DNA of 64,000 bases from Camelus ferus (lineage: Eukaryota): contig NC_045697.1 in NCBI RefSeq assembly GCF_009834535.1, positions 59,708,001 to 59,772,000 of the forward strand. The letters run 5' to 3'. Positions 12,854 to 26,729 of this stretch are shown here, piece after piece. Position 1 is the first letter of the stretch. Every line of letters begins with the position of its first letter. The notes below the pieces were generated by a model that was not told the DNA's origin, searched no databases, and saw only the letters and a program-made list of their open reading frames with translations. A program made the position numbers and the translations under genes.

Positions 12854-15800
12854 GAGAGATGGGCCAAGGTGGTGGAGTAGAAAGACCCTGAACTCACCTC
12901 TTCTCATAAGCACACTAAAATTACAACTATTTGCAGAACAATCATAGATTTTGGCCTTTTCATCAACCAGAAAAGATCTTCTACAACTAAAGACACAATG
13001 AAGGAGCCACAATGAGACAGGTAGGAGGGGCAGACTTGCAAAATAATGAAGTCCCATACCCCTGGGTGGGCAACCCACAAACTGAAGCATAATTATACTG
13101 CAGAGGTCCCACAGGAGTTAGAGTTCTAACACCCATGTCAGGCTCCCTAGCCTGGAAATCCTGCAATGGACCTCCAAAGCATTTGGCTTTGAAAGCCAGC
13201 AGGGCTTAATTTCAGGAGTCCCAAAGGGCTCAAGGAAATAGACCTCAATCTTACAAGGTGCACATAAAATATCACACACACTGTGCCCAGGGAAAAAGCA
13301 GTAATTTGATTGGAGCCTGGGTCACAACTACTTGCTGGTCTTGGAGAGTCTCGTGGAGAGGCAGGGCAGGGGGTTGTAGCTTTGGCTCACTCTGGGGACA
13401 TAGACACTGGTGGAAGCCATTCTTGAGAGCTCCTACTAACCCATGTAGACAATGGTGTGAGTGGGCACCATCATGGTAACCTCCCTCTAGCTCATTAGCA
13501 CAGAGATCTGGCTTCACCCAGCAGGCTATAGTTGCCACTGCTGGGATGTCTCAGGCCAAACAACTAACTTGGCAGGGACATAGCTCCACTGATCAGCAGA
13601 CAGGCTGCCTAAAGACTTCTTGAGCCCACAGCTGCCTCTAGACACACCTCTAGACGCAACTCTGCCCACCAGGGAGCCAAGACCCAGCCCTACCAACTAG
13701 TGGGCAGGCACTGGGCCCACCCTCCAGGAAGCTTGCTCCAGCCTCTGGACCAGCCTTAACCACCAATGGACAATCACAGAAAAACCACTGTCCCACAGCC
13801 TGGAGACCTAGCCTGCCCACAGCAGGCCAGACCCTGCTCTGGGACCAGCTGGGCCCTGGCCCTGTCCACTAATGAGGAAACACAAGCTTCAGGACACCCC
13901 AGACCTTTACCCAACTGTGTCAGGAACCAGATACCTCACCACCCACCCCACCACTATCCAGCAATCTGACACCAGCTCTGGGATCCCTGGGCCCTGCAGC
14001 CAGACTCCCGAACCTGGGTCTGCTGGCAAATAGTCCTGCACTAACCCCAGGACTTGGATTTACCCCCCAGTGGGTAGGCAACACCCCTGGAGTCTTCTCG
14101 ACCCTGACTCTGCCCACTAGCAATCCAGCTAGCCCTTTAGCCGCATGGGGTTCTGCAGTCAGCCACCTCATGACCAGACCCTGTCAACCAGCAGCCAGAA
14201 GACTCAGCACAAGGCAGGGTTTGGCAATCAACTGGAATTGGGGCCAAACAAGTCTAGGGTGGTGAGAGGGGAGTGCATTACTGGGATACATAGGAAGTCT
14301 CCTACAGAAGGTCACTTCTTCAAGGCTGGGAAATGTAACTAACCTACCAGATACATAAAAATATAAGTAGCAACTTAGGCAAAATGAGACAGCAGAGGAA
14401 CATGTTACAGATGAAGGAACAAGATAAAACCCCAGAAGAAGAACTAAGTGAAGTAGAGATAGGCCATCTACCCAAGAAAGAGTTCACGGTAATGATTGTA
14501 AAGATGAACAAAGAACTCAGGAGAAGAACAGATGCATAGTGTAAGGAGTTAGAAATTTTTACCCAAGAGTTAGAAAACATAAAGAACAGAACAGAGACTG
14601 AAGAGTACAATAATTGAAATGAAAAATGCACTATAAGGAATCAACAGTAGACTAAATGATACAGAGCAATGGAGCAGTCAGCTAGAAGACAGAGCAGAGG
14701 AAATCACTGCTCCTGAACAGAAAAAAGAAACTGAAAATAAGAGATCAGCAACTTAAAATAATCATATGTATATATGTTTCTATACAAAAATCTGATGGTA
14801 ACTATAAACTAAAAATCTACAATAGATAACACTCACAAAATAAATGTGTGTGTATTTATAAATCCAAATATGACACTAAAGATAGTCATCAAATCACAAC
14901 AGGGAGCAAAAAATAATTTATACAAAAATAACCCTGAAACAACTTTAACAATGGTAATAAGAACATACATGTCAATAATACCTTAAATGTAAATGGACTA
15001 AATGCTCAAATCAAAAGGCAGAGTGACTGAATGGCTACAAAAATAAGACCTGTATGTATTTTGCCTACAAGAGACTCACTTCAGATGTAAAGACACATAC
15101 AGACAGAAAGTGAGAGGATGGCAAAAGGTATTCCATGCAAATAGAAAACAAAAGAGTAGCAATACTTACATCAGACAAAATTGATTTTAAAATGGACATA
15201 AAAAGAGAAATCAACAGTATCACAGTAACTGTGGGGAATTTTAACACCTCACTTACATCAATGGATAGATGATCCAGGCAGAAAGTCAGTAAGAAATTAC
15301 TGGCCTTAAACGATACATTAGATCAGACAGACTTAATTGATAAATGTAGAGAGAGCATTTCATCTAAAATGAGTAGAGTACACATGAAAAATTCTACAAA
15401 ATTCTACAAAACAGATTGTATGATAGGCCATAAAGGAAGCCTTGGTAAATTCAAGGAAAACAAATCATACCAACCATTTTTTCTGACCACACTGCTAAGA
15501 GACTAGAAATCAAGAAAAAAAAATACAACAAATGCAAACACTTGGAGGCTAAGCAATACGCTACTACACTACCAATGGATCATTCAAGAAATCAAAGAGG
15601 AAATAAAAAATACCTAGAGACAAATGAAGATGGAAACATGAATGTCCAAAATCTAAGGGATGAAGTTCTAAGAGGGAAGCTTATAGCAATATAAGCTTAC
15701 CTAAAGAAACAAGAAAAATCTAAAATAAACTACCTAACCTTACACTTAAAAGAACTAGAGAAAGAACAAACAAAACCTAAAGTTAGTCGAAGGGAAGTAA

Positions 15801-18794
15801 TCATAACTATCGGAACAGAAATAGGGACTAAAAAAAAAATAGAAAAGATCAATGAGACAAAAGCTGGTTCTTTGAAAAGATACACAAAATTGATCAATCT
15901 TCAACCAGACTCATCATGGGAAAAAAGGGGCCAAATCTATTAAGTCAGAAATAAAAACGATGTTACAATCAACAAAGGATCAAAGGAGATTACTATGAAC
16001 AATTATACAACAATAAAATGCACAACCTAGAAGAGATGGACAAATTCATAGAAAGGTACAACTTTCCAAGACTGAAGAAGGAAGAAATAGAAAATATAAT
16101 CAGACCAGTTATCAGTACTAAAACTTACCAGTAAAAACTTTCCAACAAACAAAAGTCCAGGATCAGATGGCTTCACAGGTAATTCTAGCAAACACAGAGA
16201 AGAGTTAGCACCTTTTCTTCTCAAACTACTCTAAAAAATTGCAGAGGAAGAAACACTTCTTATCTCATTCTGTGAAGCCAGGCATCACCCTGATAGTAAA
16301 ACCAGACAAAGATATCACACAAAAAAGAAAATTACAGGCCAATATCACTGATGATTATAGATGCAAACATCTTCAACAGAATATTAGCAAACTGAATCCA
16401 ACAATATATTAAAAGGATCATATACCTCATGATCAAGTGAGATTTATCCCAGAGATTAAATATCCACAAATCAATCAATGTGATATACCATATTAACAAA
16501 CTGAAGAATAAAAACTATACCATCCCAATAGATGCATTAAAAACTTTAACAAAATTCAACATTCATTTATGATAATTACTCTCCAAATAATGGTAATAGA
16601 GGGAACATACATCAACACATTCAATGCCACAAAGGACAGACCCACAGCTAACATACTCAGTGATGAAAAGCTGAAAACATTTCCTTTAAGATCAGGAACA
16701 AGGATGCCAACTCTCACTATTTTTATTCAACATAGTTATTGGAAGTCCTACCCACAGTAATCAGAAGAAAAATGAGAAGAATCCAAATTGGGGGGAAAAA
16801 AAGTAGTAGAACTGTCACTGTTTGCAGATGACATTAATATTATACATAGAAAATCCTAAAGTCACCACCAAAAAACTACTACATCTTGTTAATGAAATCA
16901 GTAAAGTTGCAGGATACAAAATTAATATACAGAAATATGTTGCATTTCTATACACTAACAACAAAATATCAAATAGAGAAATTAAGGAAAGAATTCCATT
17001 TACCATCACAGCAAAAATAATAAAATACCTAAGAATAAACAAACCCGAGGAGGCAAAAGACCTGTACTCCAAAAACTATAAGGCACTGATGAAAGAAATT
17101 GAAGAGCACACAAGCAAATGCAAACATACCTTATTTTTGGATTGGAAGAATCAGTATTGTTAAAATGATTACACTATCCAAGGCACCTACAGATTAAATG
17201 CAATCCCTATCAAAATACCAATAGCATTTTTCACAGATGTAGAAAAATTATTTTAAAAATCTGTATGGAAATACGAATAGTCCAATACAATCTTGAAGTA
17301 GAATGAAGTTGGAAGAATCATGCTCCCTGACTTCAGACTATACTACAAAGCTACAGTAATCAAAGAAGTATAGTACTAGCACAGAAGCAGACACATAGGT
17401 CAAGGCAACAGGACAGGAAGTCCAGAAATAAACCCTCACACTTACAGTCAATTAATCCACAATAAAGAAGGCAAGAATATACAGTGGAGAAAAGTCAGTC
17501 TCTTCAATAAGTGGTGTTGGGAAAGCTGGACAGCTACATGTAAAAGAATGACATTAAAACATTCTCTAATATCAATACAGAAGATTGAAAAATGGATTAA
17601 GGACCTAAATTTAAGACTGAAACCATAAAACTCCTAGAGGAAAATATAGGCAGAACTCTTTTTAAAATACTAAGATTTATGTCAAAAGAATCTGTATCCT
17701 GAAGTAAAGCAAATAAAAGCAAAAAGAAACAAATGGGATCTGACTAAACTTAAAAGCTTTGCACAGCAAAGGAAACCATAGACAAAAGGAAAAGACAACC
17801 TACTGAACTGGAGAAAATGTTTGTAAATGAAATGGCCAATAAGGGATTAATATCAACATGTATAAACAACTCATACAGCTTAACATCAAAAAACCAGTCA
17901 AATTAAAAATAGGGCAGAAGACTTGAATAGATATTTTTCCAAAAAGGGAATGTAGACAGCCAACAGGCACTGAAAAGATGCTCATCATCACTGATCAGAG
18001 AAATACAAATCAAAACCACAATAAGATATGACCTCACACTTGTCAGTATGGCTATCATTATGAAGAACACATATAACAAATGTTGACAAGTATGTGAAGA
18101 AAAGGGGAACCCTCCTACACTTGACGGGAATGTAAATTGGTAATGCCAGTGTGGAAAACAGTGTAGAGGTTTCTCTAAAAACTAAATATAAAACTTCCAT
18201 ATGACCCAAGAATTCTATTCCTCTATATATAACCAAAAATTCAAAAACACTAATTCAAAAATATATGTGCACTGGCAATGGTCATAGCATTATTTATAAT
18301 AGCCAAGATACAGAAGCAACCTAAGTGTCCATCAACAGGTGAATGGATCAAGCAGATGTGGTATATATACACTCAAATATGAAAAAAAATGAAATTACAC
18401 CATTTTCAGCAACATGGATGGATTTGGAGGGTATTAAGCTAAGTTAAATACGTAGAGAAAGACAAATACTATATGGTATAACTTACAATGTGGAATCTAA
18501 AAAGTACAACAAACTAGAAAATATTCTAACAGAAAAGAAGCGGACTTACATTTTATACAGAACAAACTAGTGGTTACCAGTGGTAAGAGGGAAGGGGGAG
18601 GGGCAATAGAGTGGTAGGGGATTAAGAGGTACAAACTATCAAGTACAAAATAAGCTACAAGGATATATTGTACGATAGAGGGAACATAGCCAACAGTTAA
18701 TAATAACCATAAATGGAGTATAACCTTTAAAAACTGAATTACTGTATTGTACACCTGTAACTTACATTGTACACCAACTCGACTTTAAAAAAAA
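12854..18794 (+). mobile_element. Near full-length decayed LINE-1 (cetartiodactyl type) with internal deletions
   Basis: Has a ~1.5 kb GC-richer 5'UTR. ORF1 starts at ATG 14384 (MRQQRNMLQMKEQDKTPEEELSEVEI...) and ORF2 at ATG 14951. The RT motif LFADD is ctgtttgcagatgac at 16818, and ORF 16822..17163 (YIENPK...KVAGYKINIQK...KYLRIN) is RT sequence. The 3'UTR and A-tail end near 18790. Many stops and frameshifts. Confidence 0.95.
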
Positions 18795-19369
18795 CAGTTT
18801 TGGTTGGGATTACTCTGCTTATAAGCAGAACTGAAAACATGCCCAACTAAGGTTGAACATCAATTAAACAAATGGTTAATATACTAGCAACTAGACGTAT
18901 CAGGATTGGGTATGGGCTTGAAGAAGAAATCACTAGAAGACACTACAGAGCTACATTTTTGGCCTTAATCTCAGAAATACCAAAGCTTGTCCTTCTAAGT
19001 GGAGAGCATTTGTAACTAATTGTTACTTTCTGATAGCAGAAGAGAAACAGCAAAGTAAAATCCAGTTCTTTTGCAGCATTCTAAACAATTTCAAAAGTCA
19101 ATCTTGACAGGCATTTTTTTTTCCCCTGAATTAACTATATACATTGTTAATCCCTGGAAAACTGTTCACATTTACACAGCTTGAGTCTCTATCTTGTGAA
19201 ATGATACATATAGTAATGTCATTGGGGAGTAAGTTAGAAGCAAATAGGTTTTTCTAAGACCCAGAAGAAGGTAGTTTAATACCACTTTCACGTAAAACAA
19301 ACTTTCCATCTCTAGCAAAAATAGGCTATTTAAAAACATCTGTACTTTCAGTGAGTTATGTGAACTCAC

Positions 19370-19629
19370 ACGCGGAAGGCTGCATTATGCTTTGTAATAA
19401 AATCCAGTGTTAGAAGTACGCTGACAGTATCAGAATTCTCTTCGAAAATATTTCTCATGTTTGTGAAAAGGTAAAATCTAGAGCATTCTTTCTTAAAGGC
19501 TTCAGTCTCCATTGTTTCTAACATTCCTGCCATGACCGGATACATTCTTTCTTTTGGCGTTTGAATGCAGCACAGTATCAATTTCACATAATTTAAATGA
19601 GAACCGTGTCTATTGCATTTGTGCTTATG
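19370..19629 (-). CDS. Candidate internal coding exon (260 nt, phase 0 to 2), gene unidentified
   Basis: Acceptor ttgattttacag| and donor CGT|gtgagt. The frame is open throughout (HKHKCNRHG...KHNAAFR) and closes immediately after the donor. Locally more CpG. No homology recognised. Confidence 0.35.
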
Positions 19630-21419
19630 CTGTAAAATCAAGATTCATGAGGGCTCAAGGAGAATCAGTCTATGAATGTGTTATAAGTGAGACTGCTAAA
19701 GGCCATAAAACTAAGGAAGTCATGTTATGACAAATTGTGATTTCCATTACAAATACAAATCCGAAAAATATATGCTGTGTTGTTAAAGATTATAATTAAT
19801 ATGCAAAAAATGTACTAATTTATTTTATAGCATTTCAAAGAAAAACACTATTTCAAAAATAATCTCCTGACTGACTGCCAAATATTAGAATGTTTGTGAT
19901 GATTTATAGCCAAGATATTTTCGGTCTTCACAATGAAACGTGTATGGGCTTTAGTTGACATTCCTATGTAATTGACCTATGCTAAAATAGACCTTTTTCA
20001 GAAAGATAATAGTTGCCTCAAGGTATTTCTGAATTCATTCAGACACAAAAGAAAGGTCTCAATTCTTAATTCTACTTCTAGTGATTAAGATGCTAATTCA
20101 TTTTGTTAAATTTTTTCATCTACCTTATTCCCTCTGCCAGGGTCATACAGTATTTTCTGCATAGCTTTTTTTTGACATTTCTAACAAACAGAATATCTTT
20201 GTTACTTAGTGTAGTTTGGGGGTTTTTTGTTTGTTTGTTTTAGACAAGTAGTAGACTGCCTTTTCTTTTTTTGCCAATACATTCTGAATATATTGTATGA
20301 ATTTACACAATACATGTTGTATTTCTCCATTTGCATTTATATGTCTATATATAATGTCAGTGGTATTACTATAACCCAAACTTCATTTGTTTTACTAGGA
20401 TTGGTCTTGAGTGGACTGTGTGATACTTTAAGTCATATTTGATTAATTTTATTTATGTATCATCACAGGCATGTGCTTTAAGAATAAGTCGACCTATTTA
20501 GGCAAACATTAAACATTTTAATTATATTCTCCATTAAAAAAATTCAAACCAACTTACATTGACATACTTAAAATCAATTTACACTATAAAAGCTTACTGG
20601 TACCATATGCTTGGCATGGATAATACTTAGTTTGATAATGGCCTTTGAAATTTTAACTGCATATTGTGAAACAGAGTGATTGCTAACTAAAAATAACATG
20701 ATGGTCTTGCTTTGTCAAAATGGTTTCAATATAAAGAATTCATATGTATAGTCTCTCACTCTTCACTTCCTGCCCTCTCTTCCCACACCTCTGTTAGGGA
20801 TGGTTGCACAGTGACCCTGTGCTCTTGCCTGATAATAGATCACTTTAATGAAGGAGAGTTTATCATTTTTTTAATTTATTTTTGTTTTGTTTTAACTTAT
20901 TACATAGCCCGCTTCTTTCAAACTCAAGGGTAAGGGTTTCACAACCACGGTCTCCTCTGTCTAGACTGCCTTATCCACGCTTCCCTTGGCTCTTTCCCTG
21001 CTCTTCCAGTAGGTATTTGTTTAAATGTCACTTACTCAGAGTGATCTTTTCTGGGTTCGTAGTCTTGAATCAAGTTTTTCCTGCTATTTCCCCTCAAATT
21101 AAACTGCTCTTTTCCTTTACGTCACTTACACTATTTATAATTGTGTATCTATTTAACTATTTGGTTGAAATCTGTTTCTTCTACTAAAAAGCAAAAGCCA
21201 AATGAAACTGAAAAATGTACATGTGGAGAAGTTCCATGTATTTTGGTTTTACTATTGTATTGATTACTCAGTGCAGGAACAAATTGTGAATGTAATAATG
21301 AAATATTTTTGGTGTGAACATTACCTTGATGGTCAAAACAATGCTCTGTGAAACATCTAGAAAAAATGCTTTCGGATTATATTCAAACATGATCTCTAGT
21401 GAGGAAATATGAATTTAGG

Positions 21420-21600
21420 AAAGATTCAGATTTTAGACAGTCATTTGAATCCCAGTTACAGTAATTACTAGCTATAGAACAGTGAACAAATAAACAATCT
21501 ATTCTAGCTCCTTCATCTATAAATGGGAAAGATCCAGCAAAATGCCTGAAAATGCCTGAAAAGTAATACGTAGCAAATAATTAGCAGCTGTTAATATTGT
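21420..21600 (+). mobile_element. MIR fragment
   Basis: tttgaatcccagttacagtaattactagct...cttcatctataaatggga. Confidence 0.65.
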
Positions 21601-24600
21601 AGAAATATATTACAATAGAACTATACTAAAAGATAGTTCTTTTTTCCTAGATTCCATATCAATAAGTGAAATAGACTCAAACTGTTCACAATTATTATGC
21701 TGGTCACCACTGCTTCAGGCAAGTCATTTTGTGATTTTTATCTTACTTGTAATTTCTATTCTAGAATGATGATCTTAACTACAATTCAACGTTTTGTCAG
21801 GTTTATGCAGTACCTTATTTTACAGAAATGTTTATAGATCAGGTTTTGCAAAATCTGCAGTAACTTTGGGGAAAAAATAGTTGTGTTTTTTAAACTCTCT
21901 TTCACAGCATGATCCTGTTGTTAATTGTGTAAGCTATTAGTGGGGTGTATGAATGGCCTCACGTACATACTATCGAATCTGATGATTTACTCAAGTATCA
22001 AACATTCTTCTGGAATTTTCAAATTTCTTTTTGTTGAGATTTAGCTAAAAAAAACAAAGCTGATTTAAACATGTTTTAACAATGAAGTTCTGGGCAAACT
22101 TCATGTTTTTGATCAATAACATATGGCCTAATTAAAACAGTAGGTAAAATATTTAACATATTTTTGGTTCAGTGATTTGTTTTAACATATGTTCCTATAG
22201 TTGTTTGGTCAGTGAGTTGCTATGATTTCAGGTATTCTACTTACTAACTTTTCTTTCTTCTCTATACCAATTAAAATTCTCATTTCTGTTGTGAGCCTGA
22301 TACCAGGTAGACATAAAGTAGACAGCAACCAGTACAAATGATTAGAGTAAGATAAGTTAAGATATTAAATCTCCTACCCAAGAGAATATATTTTAAAAAA
22401 ATAAATAATTCAAATCTAAAGCTGCTGAAAACTATCTGTGGAAATTTTTTTCATGACAACTATCTGGTTTACCTTATTATTTCTTATTATTTTTGGCCCC
22501 TTCAACAGCTCTTCAAGATAAAAATGGATCACTAATGGGGCACTGCACTTCTGAGAGATTTCTCAGATCACTACCTTATTTTATATAACATTTACATTAT
22601 AACATTAACATTGAACTTTATCCTGAAGTTCACAGGTGATCATTTTGAGGATATGTGAACTTCTTTAGCAAAAATAATTTTAAGAATATTTATTTAAGAA
22701 GGTGGAATTTATTTAGCATTATGTAACATATTTCTCAGCAAGTTTAAGTCATTAAAAGGCACACAGGAAGCCATTTGATCTATTTTTCTCCCCTCTGAAA
22801 GAGTTGACAAATTGAATGTTTTTGGAGACTGAGACCCACAGCAGTACACTGAGCTTTTCTTTGGTTCTCTTATCAGACAATGACAATGATTAAAAGTGAT
22901 GAATAGCAGATGCATTTGAATCTATAATTGAACTTCTTTAAGCATGACATTTTCTCTCATTCTGAATTGGCTTGTAGGATCCTGATGTTCAGCAAGAGCA
23001 AACATTCAGCCTAGAATGACTTATCTGTGGTCCCAGGTTGACTCCTCCAAATACTCTCATTGCAGCTGGCAACCTTTAAATCAGAGACTACAGCCAAATC
23101 AGAAGACAGCTGAAACTCGTGTCATATTGCAATGTGAGATATGTACCAGACTTAGAGTACTTATTATGCATTTGCTTTTCAGAGGATTATGTTTTTTCCT
23201 GCATTGATAGGACCAGATGTTGCCGTTAATACATCTGGGAAGCACATTTTTCTTTGTTTTGTGTCAGATGAGAGGATGCTGTCAACTCTGGCAAAGTATC
23301 AACTGATGCTTCTTAAGCTGCTAAGGGCACTAGGAAGGTAGACAGTGATTAATCACAGAATGGAATTGTAGTGTTTCAGGTTATCAGAACTTGGACCAAG
23401 GATTCGCATCACTGTATGTTGCATTATCAAGGGAATCCATAATCCTCAGCAATTTTCAGTTAGTACTGGGTGACATGTCTTTTATCTGACACTGCTAGTA
23501 TATTGCCTGGAGTATGTTTTAAACATACCAGTCATTTGAATTGATGACTGAATGGGTTACAACCCATGATCATTCATTGGTTTTCCTTTTACACACTGAG
23601 ACTAAATGTGTTATTCATTTGCCTCTATGAGAAAATGAGAGATAAACATTAATATATAAATATACAATATATAGCAATCACAATACCAGAGTTATAGTTC
23701 CAATTTAGCAAGACCTTGGCTGGTGGACTTGTTTCTCAAATTTCTTTGAATTATAAAAGAAGAAAGCTGACAAAATAATCTGTTATCCTTTGATTTCTAA
23801 GAATCTATGATTTTCTTTGCCTCTGACATTAAGGTAAAATTGTTAACTCACAGCGCACATCTTTTGAACAGAAAACACCATGTTTAAATGCTTCCCATTT
23901 CCTGCTCCTTGTCACTCTCTTTCATTCTTCTATTTTGACAGTTAAATTGAAATGTATTTTCCATTCCACAGAACTGTTTAGTATGCCTTTTCCTATTTTC
24001 TTATAGCAAAATCTATAGAAGTATTATTATTTTATTGTTAATATTATTATTTTATCATTCTTTTTATAGAGAGAAGGCAGTTGAATGGTTAAATGAATTG
24101 CCTAAAATCCCCCAGTTAAGAGGAACAGAACAGTGTCAACCCAAGTCATTTATTTTAAACATTTAAAGCATATTAGTTGACTCTAAACTTGGAGCTAAAG
24201 TAAATAATACAAAGCTTATTACACTATATAACTTCTGTCTTCTGGAAAATTGAAACCTAAGGTTCTCAATGCCATTGTCGATCTAGGTAAAGCATATACA
24301 CAAACTCTAGAATCACTACGAAAATAACAACCAAACAAACAGATGCAGACAGTAAGCAATAAAATGGGTAAATGCTAACTGCAAAATGAAATATTAGGGA
24401 GAATTGCAAGCTATATTTACTTTAGCATTATTAGTCATATAAAGTTTTTTCACTTTCTAGTAAACAGTGAAATTTTCAAGTAAGATTCAAAGTTCAGATA
24501 ATCGTTTATGAGAAGTTCAAATAGTAGTTAAAGAGAAGCAAATTGAGATCAGCAGTCCTGTGCTTCCAGGCTAGGTACTTACTGCCCTGGGTAAGTTCAA

Positions 24601-24769
24601 GCCACTCTAGACCTTAGTTTCTTCATTTATAACATAAGGATTAGACTTAAAAACGTTAATGCTCCTTAATTCCAAAGTTTTGTGACATGATTTTTTTTTT
24701 AAAAAAGCTCAGTAAATTTCTCAAAAAGTATATCAGGAAGGCAGCAGAAAATTAACCATTAATAGTTCA

Positions 24770-24950
24770 AGTCCTGATTCCTGAATGTCTCCATTATTAA
24801 TTGTTGGACAATACTAAACTCTTCAAGCCTCAATTTCCTCAACCATGAAATGAGGATGACAATAATATTGTCTCCCAGAGAGTTTTGAGATGATTAAGTG
24901 AGAAAATATGTGTAATGCACCCAGAGAATTGTCTATAATAAAATACCTAA
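24770..24950 (+). mobile_element. MIR
   Basis: gcctcaatttcctcaaccatgaaatgaggatgacaataata...gatgattaagtgagaaaatatgtgtaa. Confidence 0.75.
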
Positions 24951-26729
24951 CATTTATTGAGTGCTTTCTAAGGACAATAATCTTCTAGAAAATTAGCTAT
25001 TATTTTTACTAGGGGAAGAATGTAATTTTATGGGTGTATTCATGGTAGATGGATACACATAAACAGAGGCTGGCCACCTTATATCTTGCTATTACTTAGA
25101 CCAGTCTTTCAACCAAGCTTCTCTAGATTCCTCTGTTTCTTCCTTCAATAATTTTTATAAAATATCACTGAATGTGTGGATTTTCTGTGATTTTGATATG
25201 AAAGGTGATTTCTTCCTCTGTCTGCTTCACTCTGCACGTTCCAAAGTTTAACTACTCTCTTTTCAGTATGTTTGTTAGTTTCATGTTGGGCTTAAACCCT
25301 AAAATTTCCTCTTTAAAAATAATTATTTGTTGACATTTCACAATCATTTTAAATTTTTTATTTTTAATCTACTTTCCACACTAAGAAGCAATTTCATACT
25401 TCCTGAAATTTTTTTCTTTTCATTTCTGTGACATTGGATTTCCTTGGTTCTTCTCTTTGTTAGATATTCCTTTTCAACCTTGCACACTTGCTCTCCTTTC
25501 CTCTTCCCAACTTTTGAATGTAGGCTTCCCTTCATTTGCAAGCTCTTTTAATCCCAAGACTTCAAATATTACCTTTAGGTAGCTGATGCCAAAATCTATG
25601 CCTCTAGCCCCGGCCCATTCCTGAACTCAGACAGCCTTTCTAAAAGCCTGTTACACATTTTCTCATAAATTTCATAGATGCCATTCAAGCATTTCAAGCT
25701 CAATTTATTCTATAGGACTCAGTTTACTTTCCATCCCGCTTTTACTTCAAGTATTATTCTATTCCCTAATTTTCCGTATTATTTAATGGCATTTTATTGT
25801 ACTCTGTCCTGCATTTTTTTAATGTTGTTAAGAACTGTAAGTGTTTATACCTCACTTAGAATATATGGTTACTGTCCTTCGGGTATTCAGTAAGTGATAA
25901 TGACCATAACGATTTTTCTATTTATCTTCTGGCTTATTCTAAAAATAAGGTACTACAGAGTACCTATGATACAGTAAAATTAATTTTAAAAATAAAAAAT
26001 GAGTTTAATTTTTGTTACATTGGTTTGAACCATATGCCTATGGTACAAATCTCATTATAATTCTAATTTTGCTACATAAATGCCATTATAAGCAAACATT
26101 TGATGTTAACAGCTACATCTAAACTGTAATTGAAGTCTTCCTAGTTTCAACAAGTTACACAAAATTAATAAATGAAAAATGTCAGTGGTTATAGTTTATG
26201 TAGTAGATGGATTCTAACCTATATATTAGGATTGATGAATTCATTTCATTTAAATAGCTTTATTATCTTTACTTCCAAGAGTTTTCATTCATAAATATGA
26301 AGATATTCTCCTTTTTCACTTTAGATTTATAGTTTTTGAAACTATATATTGCTCATCTTTCTTGATAGGCATTTTAAATATTTTATTCATAGTCATATTT
26401 CTAAAAATAGTCAATGTTTTGTTAGCTATTGATTTTCAAACACTTGCTATTTAAACCACTTTGTGAATGGGCACTATTATTAAAATTTTTATATTTTTAA
26501 TTTATAGATTTATATTTAAAGTGATATTAAATAACTTGGCCAAACCTACATTTAGTATATGGCAGAACTGGACTTAAGATATATCTTAAGATTCCCAGTT
26601 CAATGCTCCTTCTACTCCATATATCAAAATATTAGGGGACATATTTTATTTCTGACCTATTTAATTTTTAGAAAAATGAAAGTCTTAAAAAAATTTGATA
26701 CCGTATGATGGTACCATAGTCAGAATAAT

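Noticed and set aside
16822..17163. 113-aa ORF as a gene
   Set aside because: It is a fragment of the disrupted L1 ORF2 reverse transcriptase.
26573..26590. Perfect 18-bp palindrome cttaagatatatcttaag (also 12-bp palindromes near 11577 and 47277)
   Set aside because: AT-rich, isolated and without supporting context.
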